From the NCBI RefSeq assembly GCF_023055435.1, contig NW_025963835.1, positions 33,480,001-33,544,000 of the forward strand: a stretch of 64,000 nt of DNA, given 5' to 3'. The notes under the pieces were generated by a model. The model made no database searches. It was not told where the DNA came from and saw only the letters and a program-made list of their open reading frames with translations. The first letter of the stretch is position 1. Every line of letters starts with the position of its first letter. Source of the stretch: Haliotis rufescens (taxonomy: Eukaryota). Of this stretch, positions 13,301 through 23,794 are shown one piece after another. The position numbers and the translations under genes were made by a program.

Positions 13301-16300
13301 CGATTCCCCAAATGGGTACAATGAATCTCATTTCTGGTGTCCCCCAAGGTGATATTGCTGCAATATTGCTAAAAGCGGTGTAAAATCAAACTCACTCACT
13401 CACTCTTAAAATTATCTGCCAGACTGTTGGGCGGGTGGAGCATAAATATCATGCAGCCCGACAGAAAGGTTACCAACCCCGGGCAGACGGGCAGGCGGTT
13501 ATTCCAGACACTACAAGTGTCCCGCAATGCAGTGTATACACTGATCTCAGTTTGTGTTGTAGTAATGCCCCATGTAGGCTGGGTGTCATCTTGTGTCGCA
13601 ACCATGTATGTCAGAGACTCACATAGTGTCACCAGTGTCTGAGAATCAAGAATATCTCTTAGCCTTCACTTCAATTTACATACGGGGGCAATGGGGTAGC
13701 CTAGTGGTTAAAGCATTCACTCGTCACTCAGAAGGCCTGGGTTCTATTCTCCACAAAGTACAGTGTGTGAAGTCCATGTCTGGTGTCCCCCGTTGTGATA
13801 TTGCTGGAATATTGGTTAAAACCATGCTCACTCACTCACTCACTCACTCACTCACTCAACCACTNNNNNNNNNNNNNNNNNNNNNNNNNNNNNNNNNNNN
13901 NNNNNNNNNNNNNNNNNNNNNNNNNNNNNNNNNNNNNNNNNNNNNNNNNNNNNNNNNNNNNNNNNNNNNNNNNNNNNNNNNNNNNNNNNNNNNNNNNNNN
14001 NNTCACATGTGCCATGTTCCTCTGGAGGTGGAGTTGATATTATCAGCTGATTAAATTCTTGTATTTGCAGTTGGGTTTATGAAGCTGGGCGGTGTGTTCC
14101 CTATGTGGGGCCTGGTGATGGTCGTGGGGGCCGTCCTCAGCCTCACAGTCTTTTGTGTCACGGGGAACGACAACAAGCCCAGATTCCACGCAGTGAGTCC
14201 CTCTGCCGCATCACTTAAGTCTTGTTTCTCATTTAAAGTTTGAGTCAATTCACAGAGCCCCAGCTTGTATTTACTTGAACTACTCAAAATAAATAATCAT
14301 TACCCAATAATTTTGACTTGTTTGCATGCAAATATGTACGAACAATGAGTTTCAACAGTGTGTCATTAAGTTTACGTGCATGTATTTTTTCACATACCTA
14401 TATTTACTGATTGAATGCAGTCATCGTGTTTACATAGACACTACTGCTGTGTACAATGCACAGAGGAAATGTCTCGCTTTTCATCATTTAGAGGGGGCAC
14501 GGGTGGCCCAGTTGTCTAAAACGCCGCGATTCGCTGTGCAGAGTTGCGTCCCTTGGGCACGCCAGAAACCTATGATTGTGAGTTCGAATCCCGGTTCGCC
14601 CCGATTATGTTTCTAGGTTTGTCAGCACCATACCCGTGCTCGTGGGTTTCACCGAAGTGGTAAACGTCTTAGACCTGCATCACTTCGGGCTTTCCTCCCA
14701 CATTAAGCTGACACGCCGTGATATAACTGGAATACTGTTAAAAGCGGCGTTAAACCCAACTCACTCACTCACTCATCATTTAGAGATAATGTGACATTTG
14801 GGGCGAAACATGAACAGCTGCTAATTAGAAGTCAACCGAAGCAGTACTTAAGCAGTTTTTATTTTGAAAGAGGTTTTATTTGCTTGTTTAAACATACTCA
14901 TTAGACTGGACCAAGGGAGTAATACTATTTTGAATGCCAAAGAAAACTATCAATACCCAATGTGAGTGAAACAGGTGAGTAAATAAATACTCAAATTATT
15001 ATTTGATTACTAAACTACAAGATGACCCCTGTTTGTAGGCAAACTACTTATCTCACTCACTCATACAGGATTTGAACCCAGAACTGTTACCACTAACAAC
15101 CACCTCCGTGGTCTCGTGGTAGAGCGTCCGCCCCAGAGAGTGGAAAGTCCAGGGTTCGATCCCCGGCCGTGTCATACCAAAAGACGTTAAAAGATGGCAC
15201 TTGGTGTTACCCTGTCTGGCGCTCGGCATAAAGGGTCTAAAACAAGGACTGGTTGGCTCGGAGTCAGTATACTGTGTCTGAGTGGGGTATTCATGTTAAA
15301 CTGCGGCATGGTATCTCAGTGGGCTAGCACTATAAATCGGCATTAGTCCGGACTAGTACAAGAAGACACACACTAAATATAAGTGCAATAATCTTGGACG
15401 TGACATTAAACCCCATTTCACCTCACCTTACCTCACCTTACCTCACCTGTTACCACTAACAGGACTAGGGGACACGACTCTGCACAGTCAGATGGCAGTA
15501 CAGGGTTGTAACTAGGGGACACAACTCTTCACAGTCAGATGGCAGTACAGGGTTGTAACTAGGGGACACAACTCTTCACAGTCAGATGGCAGTACAGGGT
15601 TGTAACTAGGGGACACAACCCTTCACAGTCAGATGGTAGTACAGGGTTGTAACTAGGGGACACAACTCTTCACAGTCAGATGGCAGTACAGGGTTGTAAC
15701 TAGGGGACACAACTCTGCACAGTCAGATGGTAGTACAGGGTTGTAACTAGGGGACACAACTCTTCACAGTCAGATGGCAGTACAGGGTTGTAACTAGGGG
15801 ACACAACTCTTCACAGTCAGATGGCAGTACAGGGTTGTAATTAGGGGACACAACTCTTCACAGTCAGATGGCAGTACAGGGTTGTAACTAGGGGACACAA
15901 CTCTTCACAGTCAGATGCTAGTACAGGGTTGTAACTAGGGGATACGACACTGCACAGTCAGATGGCAGTACAGGGTTGTAACTAGGGGACACAACTCTTC
16001 ACAGTCAGATGGCAGTACAGGGTTGTAACTAGGGGACACAACTCTGCACAGCCAGATGGTAGTACAGGGTTGTAACTATGGGCCACAACTCTTCACAGTC
16101 AGATGGAAGTACAGGGTTGTAACTAGGGGACACAACTCTTCACAGTCAGATGGCAGTACAGTAACTAGGGGATACGACACTGCACAGTCAGATGGCAGTA
16201 CAGGGTTGTAACTAGGGGATACGACACTGCACAGTCAGATGGTAGTACAGGGTTGTAACTAGGAGACACAACTCTTCACAGTCAGATGGCAGTACAGTAA

Positions 16301-19300
16301 CTAGGGGACACAACTCTTCACAGTCAGATGGCAGTACAGTAACTATGGGCCACAACTCTTCACAGTCAGATGGTAGTACAGTAACTAGGGGACACAACTC
16401 TTCACAGTCAGATGGCAGTACAGTAACTAGGGGACACAACTCTTCACAGTCAGATGGCAGTACAGGGATGTAACTAGGGGATACGACACTGCACAGTCAG
16501 ATGGTAGTACAGGGTTGTAACTAGGGGACACAACTCTTCACAGTCAGATGGCAGTACAGGGTTGTAACTAGGGGACACAACTCTGCACAGTCAGATGGTA
16601 GTACAGGGTTGTAACTAGGTGACACAACTCTGCACAGCCAGATGGTAGTACAGGGTTGTAACTAGGGGCCTCAACTCTTCACAGTCAGATGGCAGTACAG
16701 GGTTGTAACTAGGGGACACAACTCTGCACAGTCAGATGGTAGTACAGGGTTGTAACTAGGGGATACGACACTGCACAGTCAGATGGCAGTACAGGGTTGT
16801 AACTAAGGCACACAACTCTTCACAGTCAGATGGCAGTACAGTAACTAGGGGATACGGCACTGCACAGTCAGATGGTAGTACAGGGTTGTAACTAGGGGAT
16901 ACGACACTGCACAGTCAGATGGTAGTACAGGGTTGTAACTAGGGGATACGACACTGCACAGTCAGATGGTAGTACAGGGTTGTAACTAGGGGATACGACA
17001 CTGCACAGTCAGATGGTAGTACAGGGTTGTAACTAGGGGACACAACTCTTCACAGTCAGATGGCAGTACAGGGTTGTAACTAGGGGACACAACTCTTCAC
17101 AGTCAGATGGCAGTACAGGGTTGTAACTAGGGGACACAACTCTTCACAGCCAGATGGTAGTACAGGGTTGTAATTAGGGGATACGACTCTTCACAGTCAG
17201 ATGGCAGTACAGGGTTGTAACTAGGGGACACAACTCTTCACAGCCAGATGGTAGTACAGGGTTGTAATTAGGGGATACGACTCTTCACAGTCAGATGGTA
17301 GTACAGGGTTGTAACTAGGGGACACAACTCTGCACTGTCAAATGGCAGTACAGGGTTGTAACTAGGGGATACGACACTGCACAGTCAGATGGTAGTACAG
17401 GGTTGTAACTAGGGGACACAACTCTTCACAGTCAGATGGCGGTACAGGGTTGTAACTAGGAGACACAACTCTTCACAGTCAGATGGCAGTACAGGGTTGT
17501 AACTAGGGGATACGACACTGCACAGTCAGATGGTAGTACACGGTTGTAACTAGGGGACACAACTCTTCACAGTCAGATGGCAGTACAGGGTTGTAACTAG
17601 GGGACACAACTCTTCACAGTCAGATGGCAGTACAGGGTTGTAACTAGGGGACACAACTCTTCACAGTCAGATGGTAGTACAGGGTTGTAATTAGGGGACA
17701 CAACTCTTCACAGTCAGATGGCAGTACAGGGTTGTAACTAGGGGACACAACTCTTCACAGTCAGATGCTAGTACAGGGTTGTAACTAGGGGATACGACAC
17801 TGCACAGTCAGATGGCAGTACAGGGTTGTAACTAGGGGACACAACTCTTCACAGTCAGATGGCAGTACAGGGTTGTAACTAGGGGACACAACTCTTCACA
17901 GTCAGATGGTAGTACAGGGTTGTAACTAGGGGACACGACTCTGCATAGTCAGATGGCAGTACAGGGTTGTTACTAGGGGATACGACACTGCACAGCCAGA
18001 TGGTAGTACAGGGTTGTAACTAGGGGACACAACTCTGCACAGTCAGATGGTAGTACAGGGTTGTAACTAGGGGATACGACACTGCACAGTCAGATGGTAG
18101 TACAGGGTTGTAACTAGGGAACACAACTCTTCACAGTCAGATGGCAGTACAGGGTTGTAACTAGGGGACACAACTCTTCACAGTCAGATGGCAGTACAGG
18201 GTTGTAACTAGGGGACACAACTCTTCACAGTCAGATGGCAGTACAGGGTTGTAACTAGGGGACACAACTCTTCACAGTCAGATCGCAGTACAGGGTTGTA
18301 ACTAGGGGACACAACTCTTCACAGTCAGATGGCAGTACAGGGTTGTAACTAGGGGACACAACTCTTCACAGCCAGATGGTGGTACAGGGTTGTAACTAGG
18401 GTACACGACTCTGCACAGTCAGATGGTAGTACAGGGTTGTAACTAGGGGACACGACTCTGCACAGTCAGATGGTAGTACAGGGTTGTAACTAGGGGATAC
18501 GACTCTGCACAGTCAGATGGTAGTACAGGGTTGTAACTAGGGGACACAACTCTTCACTGTCAGATGGTATTACAGGGTTGTAACTAGGGGATACGACACT
18601 GCACAGTCAGATGGTATTACAGGGTTGTAACTAGGGGATACGACTCTGCACAGTCAGATGGTAGTACAGGGTTGTAACTAGGGGACACGACTCTGCACAG
18701 TCAGATGGTAGTACAGGGTTGTAACTAGGAGACACAACTCTTCACAGTCAGATGGTATTACAGGGTTGTAACTAGAAGATCGCCTGGTTATGTTGGTATC
18801 ATTGTTGGTTGTTGCTGTGTTGCAGGTGTTTGCCTACTTGGGTTTCGTTGTCGCTGTCGTCTGGATCTACTCCGTCGCTAACGAGATTGTCAACATTCTG
18901 CAGGTAAGCTGGAAATATGTCAAATCTCATGTTCTTAAATCTCAAATTCTCAAATCCTTGTTTGCTTGATTTTATAGACAAAGTTCCATAACAGTCATAT
19001 ATGACATATCATTGATCTAGTGGTCTCTGAGGTCTAGTGGAGAGAGTATTTGCCCGGAGAGCGGAAGGTTGGTGGTTCAAACCCCTGACCATATCATACC
19101 CCAAACGTTAAAAGATGGTACTTGTTGTTACCCTGCCTGGCACTTGGCATTAAAGGGCTAAAACAAGGACTGGTCTGCTCAGAGTCAGTATACTGTGTTT
19201 GAGTGGGGTATTCATATTAAACTGCAGCATGGTATCTCAGTGGGCTGGCACTATAAAACTTGCACAAAAACAAATCAGTCGACTAGTACAAGCCATCACA

Positions 19301-22300
19301 CACACTCATGCATGCAAGTGACTATATAAATGCACTAACCTTGAACTCAACACCTCCCGTATAATGTCCCACAGATGACATCCTTACCTTGTCAGTGCAA
19401 CAAGGGCGTGGAGTCATCCCACAGATGACATCCTTACCTTGTCAGTATAGAAGGGCGTGGAGTCATCCCACAGATGATATCCTTACCTTGTCATTGTAGC
19501 AGGGCGTGGAGTCATCCCACAGATGACATCCTTACCTTGTCAGTGCAACAAGGGCGTGGAGTCATCCCACAGATGACATCCTTACCTTGTCAGTGCAGCA
19601 GGGCATGGAGTCATCCCCCAGATGACAGCCTTACCTTTTCAGTGCAGCAGGGCGTGGAGTCATCCCACAGATGACATCCTTACCTTGTCAGTGCAACAAG
19701 GGTGTGGAGTCATCCCACAGATGACATCCTTACCCTGTCAGTGTAGCAGGGCATGGAGTCATCCCACAGATGACATCCTTACCTTGTCAGTGCAACAAGG
19801 GCGTGGAGTCATCCCACAGATGACAGCCTTACCTTGTCAGTGTAGCAGGGCATGGAGTCATCCCACAGATGACATCCTTACCTTGTCAGTGTAGCAGGGC
19901 ATGGAGTCATCCCACAGATGACATCCTTACCTTGTCAGTGTAGCAGGTAGTGGAGTCATCCCACAGATGAAATCCTTACCTTGTCAGTGTAGCAGGGCAT
20001 GGAGTCATCCCACAGATGACATCCTTACCTCGTCAGCTTTGTGCCAAAACTAATATGGATTCCTTGTTCCTGCACAAACTGTAATACATCATTTTTATAT
20101 GTAAAAAGAATGCTTGATCATAATAAAATGAAAAACAACACTTATTTTCATCAATAATTTAAGTTCTTCCACATGACTCAATACAAGAGCCGCAAGCAAT
20201 GGGACAAGGGAGATAACTCTGATTTTGAAAGCAACAAAAGAACGTTATTTGGGGCTTTACTTTATTTGTTTATTCGTTTCAGACGTTTGGCATAGTGTTC
20301 AACATCAGTAATGCTATCCTGGGGCTGACGTTCCTGGCCTGGGGCAACAGTGTCGGAGGTGAGTCTGGAGGCAGGGGGTGACAGGTGTGGGGGTGGTAGG
20401 ATTGTGTGGTTTGTTTACAAGCTCACATCGCCTGGCGGAAGTGCTGCTGTGCTACGTCAGCCAGTAGATACTTACTTTTTTATGCAAATTGTCTGAATGG
20501 CGGGTGCTACAGGTAGAGCAGGACATGCTACCCTTTTTGTGAACACCTGGTGTCATCACTCATTTTCAGTGATCCATTCATATAATTTCCACAGCTATTT
20601 GCCCTTCATGCCAAGTGGGATCTGTTTCGGCAGAAAATCTATGCTGGTTATTCACTTGCATTGACAATTAATATCTATTTAAAGAGTGGAATTTGTTTGC
20701 GTCCTTCACTCGTAATATTGAGTGGATCAAAAATCTGAAATTCCGCTAGCTAAGATTCTGACATGATGGAGCATATTTGTTATCATCATGAGAGTGGGTA
20801 TCCTTCAGTTTCTCTAAGCCTTGTACATATCTCACATGTCACATGTGATGCGCCAATGACCATCGGTCGAGTCACACAACATGCCAGTATGTTTGTTTGT
20901 GCATCGAACCAATCTAATATCTCTTGAATATGAGTAATTCTTCATATTTTAACCAACATGCATGGTATTTGCTTTTCTTTTTGTGGGGAGTATATTATTC
21001 TCAGGGAATAGATGATGGTTGTTATACAGATTATTGTAACGCAGATGGTTGTAACGCAGAGGGTTGTAACGGTTGTAATACAGATTATTGTAATGCAGAA
21101 GGTTGTAACACAGATGGTTGTAACACAGATGGTTGTAATACAGATGGTTGTAACGTTGATGGTTGTAATCCAGATTATTATAATGCTGTAGGTTTAACAC
21201 AGATGATTGTAATGCTGATGGTTGTAACGTTGATGGTTGTAACGCTGAAGGTGGTAATGCTGATGTTGTGAGGCAATGGTTGTAACGCTGAAGGTTGTAA
21301 CGTTGATGGTTGTAACGATGATGATTGTAATGCTGATGTTGTGAGGCAATGGTTGTAACGCTGAAGGTTGTAACGTTGATGGTTGTAACGATGATGATTG
21401 TAATGCTGATGTTGTGAGGCAATGGTTGTAACGCTGAAGGTTGTAACGTTGATGGTTGTAACGTTGATGGTTGTAATCCAGATTATTATAATGCTGTAGG
21501 TTTAACACAGATGATTGTAATGCTGATGGTTGTAACGTTGATGGTTGTAACGCTGAAGGTGGTAATGCTGATGTTGTGAGGCAATGGTTGTAACGCTGTT
21601 AATGCTGATGTTGTGAGGCAATGGTTGTAACGCTGAAGGTTGTAACGTTGATGGTTGTAACGATGATGATTGTAATGCTGATGGTTGTGTCTGTTAAATG
21701 ATGTTTGTTCTTTGAACTTGCAGATCTCATAGCTGACTTCGCCATGGCGCGGCAAGGGTACCCCAGGATGGGCATCTCGGCCTGCTTCGGTGGGCCACTG
21801 TTCAGTATCCTTGTCCAACATGTTTCTTGTTGTCTTATGACCGAGTCCGACCCCCCCATCGCCTTGGACGACCAATTCCAACCCCAAATCCCCCCACAGC
21901 TGTCCAGAATGTAATATTGAGATTAGCTGATCACCTGTTACACAAAAGTGGGAAAGTGAAATTCGATCTATTTCAAACTCTCTACAGCTTGAACCTGCTC
22001 ATTAGGATCATTAAATGTATGGAAGGAGTTTGAAGTTTGGTTTACAGTTTCACATGAGTATATCCCGTCCTTATCAGCGGCAGACATGTTGCTTGGCATC
22101 GGAATCCCCTTCACTATTGGGACGTTCAAGAGGGGAGGCAACTACGAGGTGGGTCTTGTGTCGTAGCCATTGTTGTCTTGTGTTATAACTATTGTTGTGT
22201 CTGCTATTAGAATATGCAACACTAAATGGACATGAATGTATAAACATCGGGCCAAGGCCCCTTTTTGTATCACTTTTATCCCCACACATTGGGCTTTTGT

Positions 22301-23540
22301 TTTTGGGCAACTCGTACCTGCCTTCCCGAAAAACAAAAAAACAATCGAAGTACAAACTGCACAAGACCCATGTGGATGCAGATTGTGTGTGTCGAGATCT
22401 ATTAGCACTTCGTGATTGCAATTTTGACACCACCCTTGTGAACATTTATGAATCGCAGTGAAAAGAGCATTTTGGTACCGGAGACTACTACATTATTCCT
22501 CCAGAATACGAGGATTGTCGATGTCATGCAAATGAGTATGTCTAAAAATGTATAGCTTAGAAATACAGCATAAAGCAAAAAAATAATAGCTGTCACTCTG
22601 ATTGTTTTAGGCCAAACCAAAAGACTAGAAACCTAATACTCTTCTTGGTTTTACCTGATGTGGTGAACAAACTTGTGGCATGGGGGATGTGGTGGTCACG
22701 GTGTGCAGAGTTGTGTCCCTTGGCCAGTATAAAACCTGCAGTGAATTAACCAACTTGACAATTAACCAACTAAGCAATATTCCAGCTATATGATGGCAGT
22801 GTGTTATTAATCGAGTCTTGACAAGATAGTCCAGTGATTGACATCATGAGCATTGATCTATGCACTAAGTTGTCCTGCATTAGCAAACATTAGTGATCCA
22901 AGATGTACCTAGGTAGATCTTAGTGTGGTCAGCTGTCACCTGGTTTAGTGAAGCCAACATGGTTCATGATGCATGTTTCGGATGGGAGAGTTTACGGGCG
23001 TTCAGACAAAGGTCGTGATGGGGGCTGCTTACCGATACCACTTAATTACAGTGAGAAAAACTACCACTAGTGTTCAAGACAAAACAGAAAAATTCAGGTG
23101 TTGCTCGCTCACACAGGAAAGACGTGATGTTTACCACCTTGTGCATGCGCAAGAGTCTTTGGGCAGGTTGATACTATTGTCTGCACAACTGATTATGGAT
23201 AGTTGACATTGAAGAAGACTTTTATTATGTGATGACAGCCAAAATACAGAATGTTTGGCACTGATGTTACAGAGGTAGCATTATTAGAATTATTAACTAT
23301 TGTTTGATTGGACGATGTACAATAGAGACCGTCTTGTGCGTGTTGCAGCTTCGACTGACGCTGGTGGAGCTGATCCTCGCTGGCTTCCTCTGTCTCAGTC
23401 TTGTGTCCTCACTCATCATTGTGCCTCTGTCCAAGTTCCGAATGTCAAGGCCGTACGGAATATTCCTCTTTATCCTATACGGGGTCTTCATTGTGGTGGC
23501 CATGTTGGCAGAAACCAATGTCATCCATGCCAACGTGTGA
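1143..23540 (+). CDS. SLC8B1: SLC8B1/NCLX (mitochondrial-type sodium/lithium/calcium exchanger), 3' part of gene, 11 exons; 5' exons lie upstream of the window
   Basis: join(1143..1310,1897..2007,6414..6491,9883..10070,11156..11294,14071..14192,18826..18903,20283..20358,21724..21804,22084..22148,23349..23540). All introns are GT-AG with compatible phases and the frame is open to TGA at 23538-23540. Contains the alpha1 end GAGVFVTTVVAG and the alpha2 repeat LGLTFLAWGNSVGDLIADFAMARQGYPRMGISACFGGPLFN, matching recalled human NCLX sequence. Confidence 0.95.
1897..2007 (+). CDS. SLC8B1: SLC8B1 exon (FIGLYVFYVLVVVIGRYIYQRERQ...)
   Basis: ttgcag| acceptor, |gtgaga donor, phase 1-1; TM helix followed by the start of the large loop. 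Confidence 0.92.
5356..5855. mobile_element. MITE with imperfect terminal inverted repeats of about 60 bp
   Basis: AGGCAAGGGCGTTAACTGACT..AGTCCAGTTTCA... versus ...GAAACTGGACT..AGTCAGTTAACTCCCTTGCCT. Confidence 0.7.
6007..6177 (+). mobile_element. SINE family A (about 165 bp, tRNA-Asp-like head, (ACTC)n tail), representative copy
   Basis: A box TAGCCCAGTGG, B box GGTTCGATTCC, TSD ATTTATTATG. Other copies: + about 3688-3847, 5880-5995, 8846-9010, 10356-10515, 13242-13405, 13685-13857, 46465-46560; - about 29990-30130, 30870-31000, 31030-31185, 33125-33299, 42637-42780, 50543-50703, 50900-51002, 59283-59450. Confidence 0.9.
6414..6491 (+). CDS. SLC8B1: Probable SLC8B1 loop exon (NGTNSSPNPYNIQEELLQATVSIDTR)
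   Basis: gacaag| acceptor, |gtacat donor, 78 nt, symmetric phase 1-1, open frame. No homology support; could be skipped in frame. Confidence 0.55.
6576..7072. mobile_element. Older hAT-type MITE related to 54987-56336, containing a nested small MITE at 6774-6914
   Basis: TAGGGGTGAAACAATACA / TGTATCGTTTCACCCTTG ends, degenerate 8-bp TSD; inner TIR CAGTAAACTAC..TAACAAA / TTTGTTATA..GTAGTTTACTG. Confidence 0.65.
8027..9380. repeat. 16-bp minisatellite (ACACATGACAATACTC / ACACATGACAGTGCTC) split by a SINE A at 8846-9010
   Basis: Visible tandem array. Confidence 0.95.
9883..10070 (+). CDS. SLC8B1: SLC8B1 exon (ASALERSPLL...FLEAVNPIDIENWPDKRFYSKGYEIFK)
   Basis: ctccag| acceptor (in-frame alternative cag 6 nt downstream), |gtgaga donor; matches the NCLX NPLDxxxW...K..FK segment. 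Confidence 0.9.
11156..11294 (+). CDS. SLC8B1: SLC8B1 exon (CPILLLLKLTIPVVD...NWNRHLNSLHCLTGPVF...)
   Basis: gtgcag| acceptor, |gtagac donor; NCLX LTxPVVD...NW.R.LN.LH motif. Confidence 0.93.
11955..12825. mobile_element. Tc1/mariner-superfamily (pogo/Tc2-like) MITE, about 870 bp
   Basis: TIR CCGTATTTTCTTGAGTATAGTGCACAC / GTGCGCAATATACTCAAGAAAATACTG, flanked by TA; second copy at about 55106-56129. Confidence 0.85.
13865..14002. other. Assembly gap (138 N)
   Basis: Run of n. Confidence 1.
14071..14192 (+). CDS. SLC8B1: SLC8B1 exon (VGFMKLGGVFPMWGLVMVVG...KPRFHA)
   Basis: ttgcag| acceptor, |gtgagt donor, phase 1-0. Confidence 0.92.
14493..14772 (+). mobile_element. SINE family D (about 280 bp, tRNA-Leu-like head with an insert), representative copy
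   Basis: GTCTAA..CGCC ... GTTCGAATCCC head; TSD TCATCATTTAGA. Other copies: + about 4790-5010, 25505-25745, 39060-39310, 47229-47500; - about 27110-27345, 59050-59200. Confidence 0.87.
15099..15447 (+). mobile_element. SINE family B (about 350 bp, tRNA-derived head, long conserved body, (CACCT)n tail), representative copy
   Basis: GTGGTAGAGCG / GGTTCGATCCC boxes; TSD CTGTTACCACTAACA. Other copies: + about 19022-19340, 26344-26752, 43200-43428 plus 44501-44585; - about 27400-27615, 46608-46892, 53470-53740, 54224-54578. Confidence 0.9.
15463..18775. repeat. 47-bp minisatellite, about 70 copies (ACTAGGGGACACAACTCTTCACAGTCAGATGGCAGTACAGGGTTGTA)
   Basis: Visible tandem array in an SLC8B1 intron. 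Confidence 0.97.
18826..18903 (+). CDS. SLC8B1: SLC8B1 exon (VFAYLGFVVAVVWIYSVANEIVNILQ)
   Basis: ttgcag| acceptor, |gtaagc donor, phase 0-0. Confidence 0.94.
19363..20037. repeat. 49-bp minisatellite, about 13 copies (ATCCCACAGATGACATCCTTACCTTGTCAGTGTAGCAGGGCGTGGAGTC)
   Basis: Visible tandem array. Confidence 0.95.
20283..20358 (+). CDS. SLC8B1: SLC8B1 exon, alpha2 repeat (TFGIVFNISNAILGLTFLAWGNSVG)
   Basis: tttcag| acceptor, |gtgagt donor; GLTxLAWGNS motif. Confidence 0.95.
21010..21690. repeat. 15-bp degenerate minisatellite (GATGGTTGTAACGYT) with higher-order duplication
   Basis: Visible tandem array. Confidence 0.9.
21724..21804 (+). CDS. SLC8B1: SLC8B1 exon (DLIADFAMARQGYPRMGISACFGGPLF)
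   Basis: ttgcag| acceptor; followed by U12-type donor |GTATCCTT. Confidence 0.94.
21805..22083 (+). other. U12-type (minor spliceosome) GT-AG intron
   Basis: 5' splice site GTATCCTTG; branch-point-like TCCTTATC at 22068-22075 with A about 10 nt before the CAG acceptor; no polypyrimidine tract. Confidence 0.85.
22084..22148 (+). CDS. SLC8B1: SLC8B1 exon (NMLLGIGIPFTIGTFKRGGNYE)
   Basis: cggcag| acceptor, |gtgggt donor; continues FGGPLF-NMLLGIG in frame. Confidence 0.92.
23349..23540 (+). CDS. SLC8B1: SLC8B1 last coding exon (LRLTLVE...SRPYGIFLFILY...AETNVIHANV*)
   Basis: ttgcag| acceptor; matches NCLX C-terminal TM helices; TGA stop. Confidence 0.93.
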   Translation, partial: LRLTLVELILAGFLCLSLVSSLIIVPLSKFRMSRPYGIFLFILYGVFIVVAMLAETNVIHANV

Positions 23541-23794
23541 TGGGTTCTTGCAGCCGTCTCCATGACAACAGATTATATTGCAGCAATCACCATGACAACA
23601 GATCCACACTGCTACCATGTCATGGTTGATACATTCCAGACAGCCGTTGCCAGGATATACCTGCCTTGGTACTCAGTTGAACTTTGTATTGGTTTCTTTT
23701 GAACTGTTGCCATGGTAACATGCACACATAGAAAAAAAACAATCTACCCCCGTAGCTTTCTATTCAGTTATTATCTCGGAAAATACAGACGGTT

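Noticed and set aside
15463-18775. Long regular arrays (also 34012-35897, 36728-38288, 57935-58222) as CRISPR arrays
   Set aside because: Head-to-tail units with no unique spacers, no cas genes and a eukaryotic intronic context: these are minisatellites.
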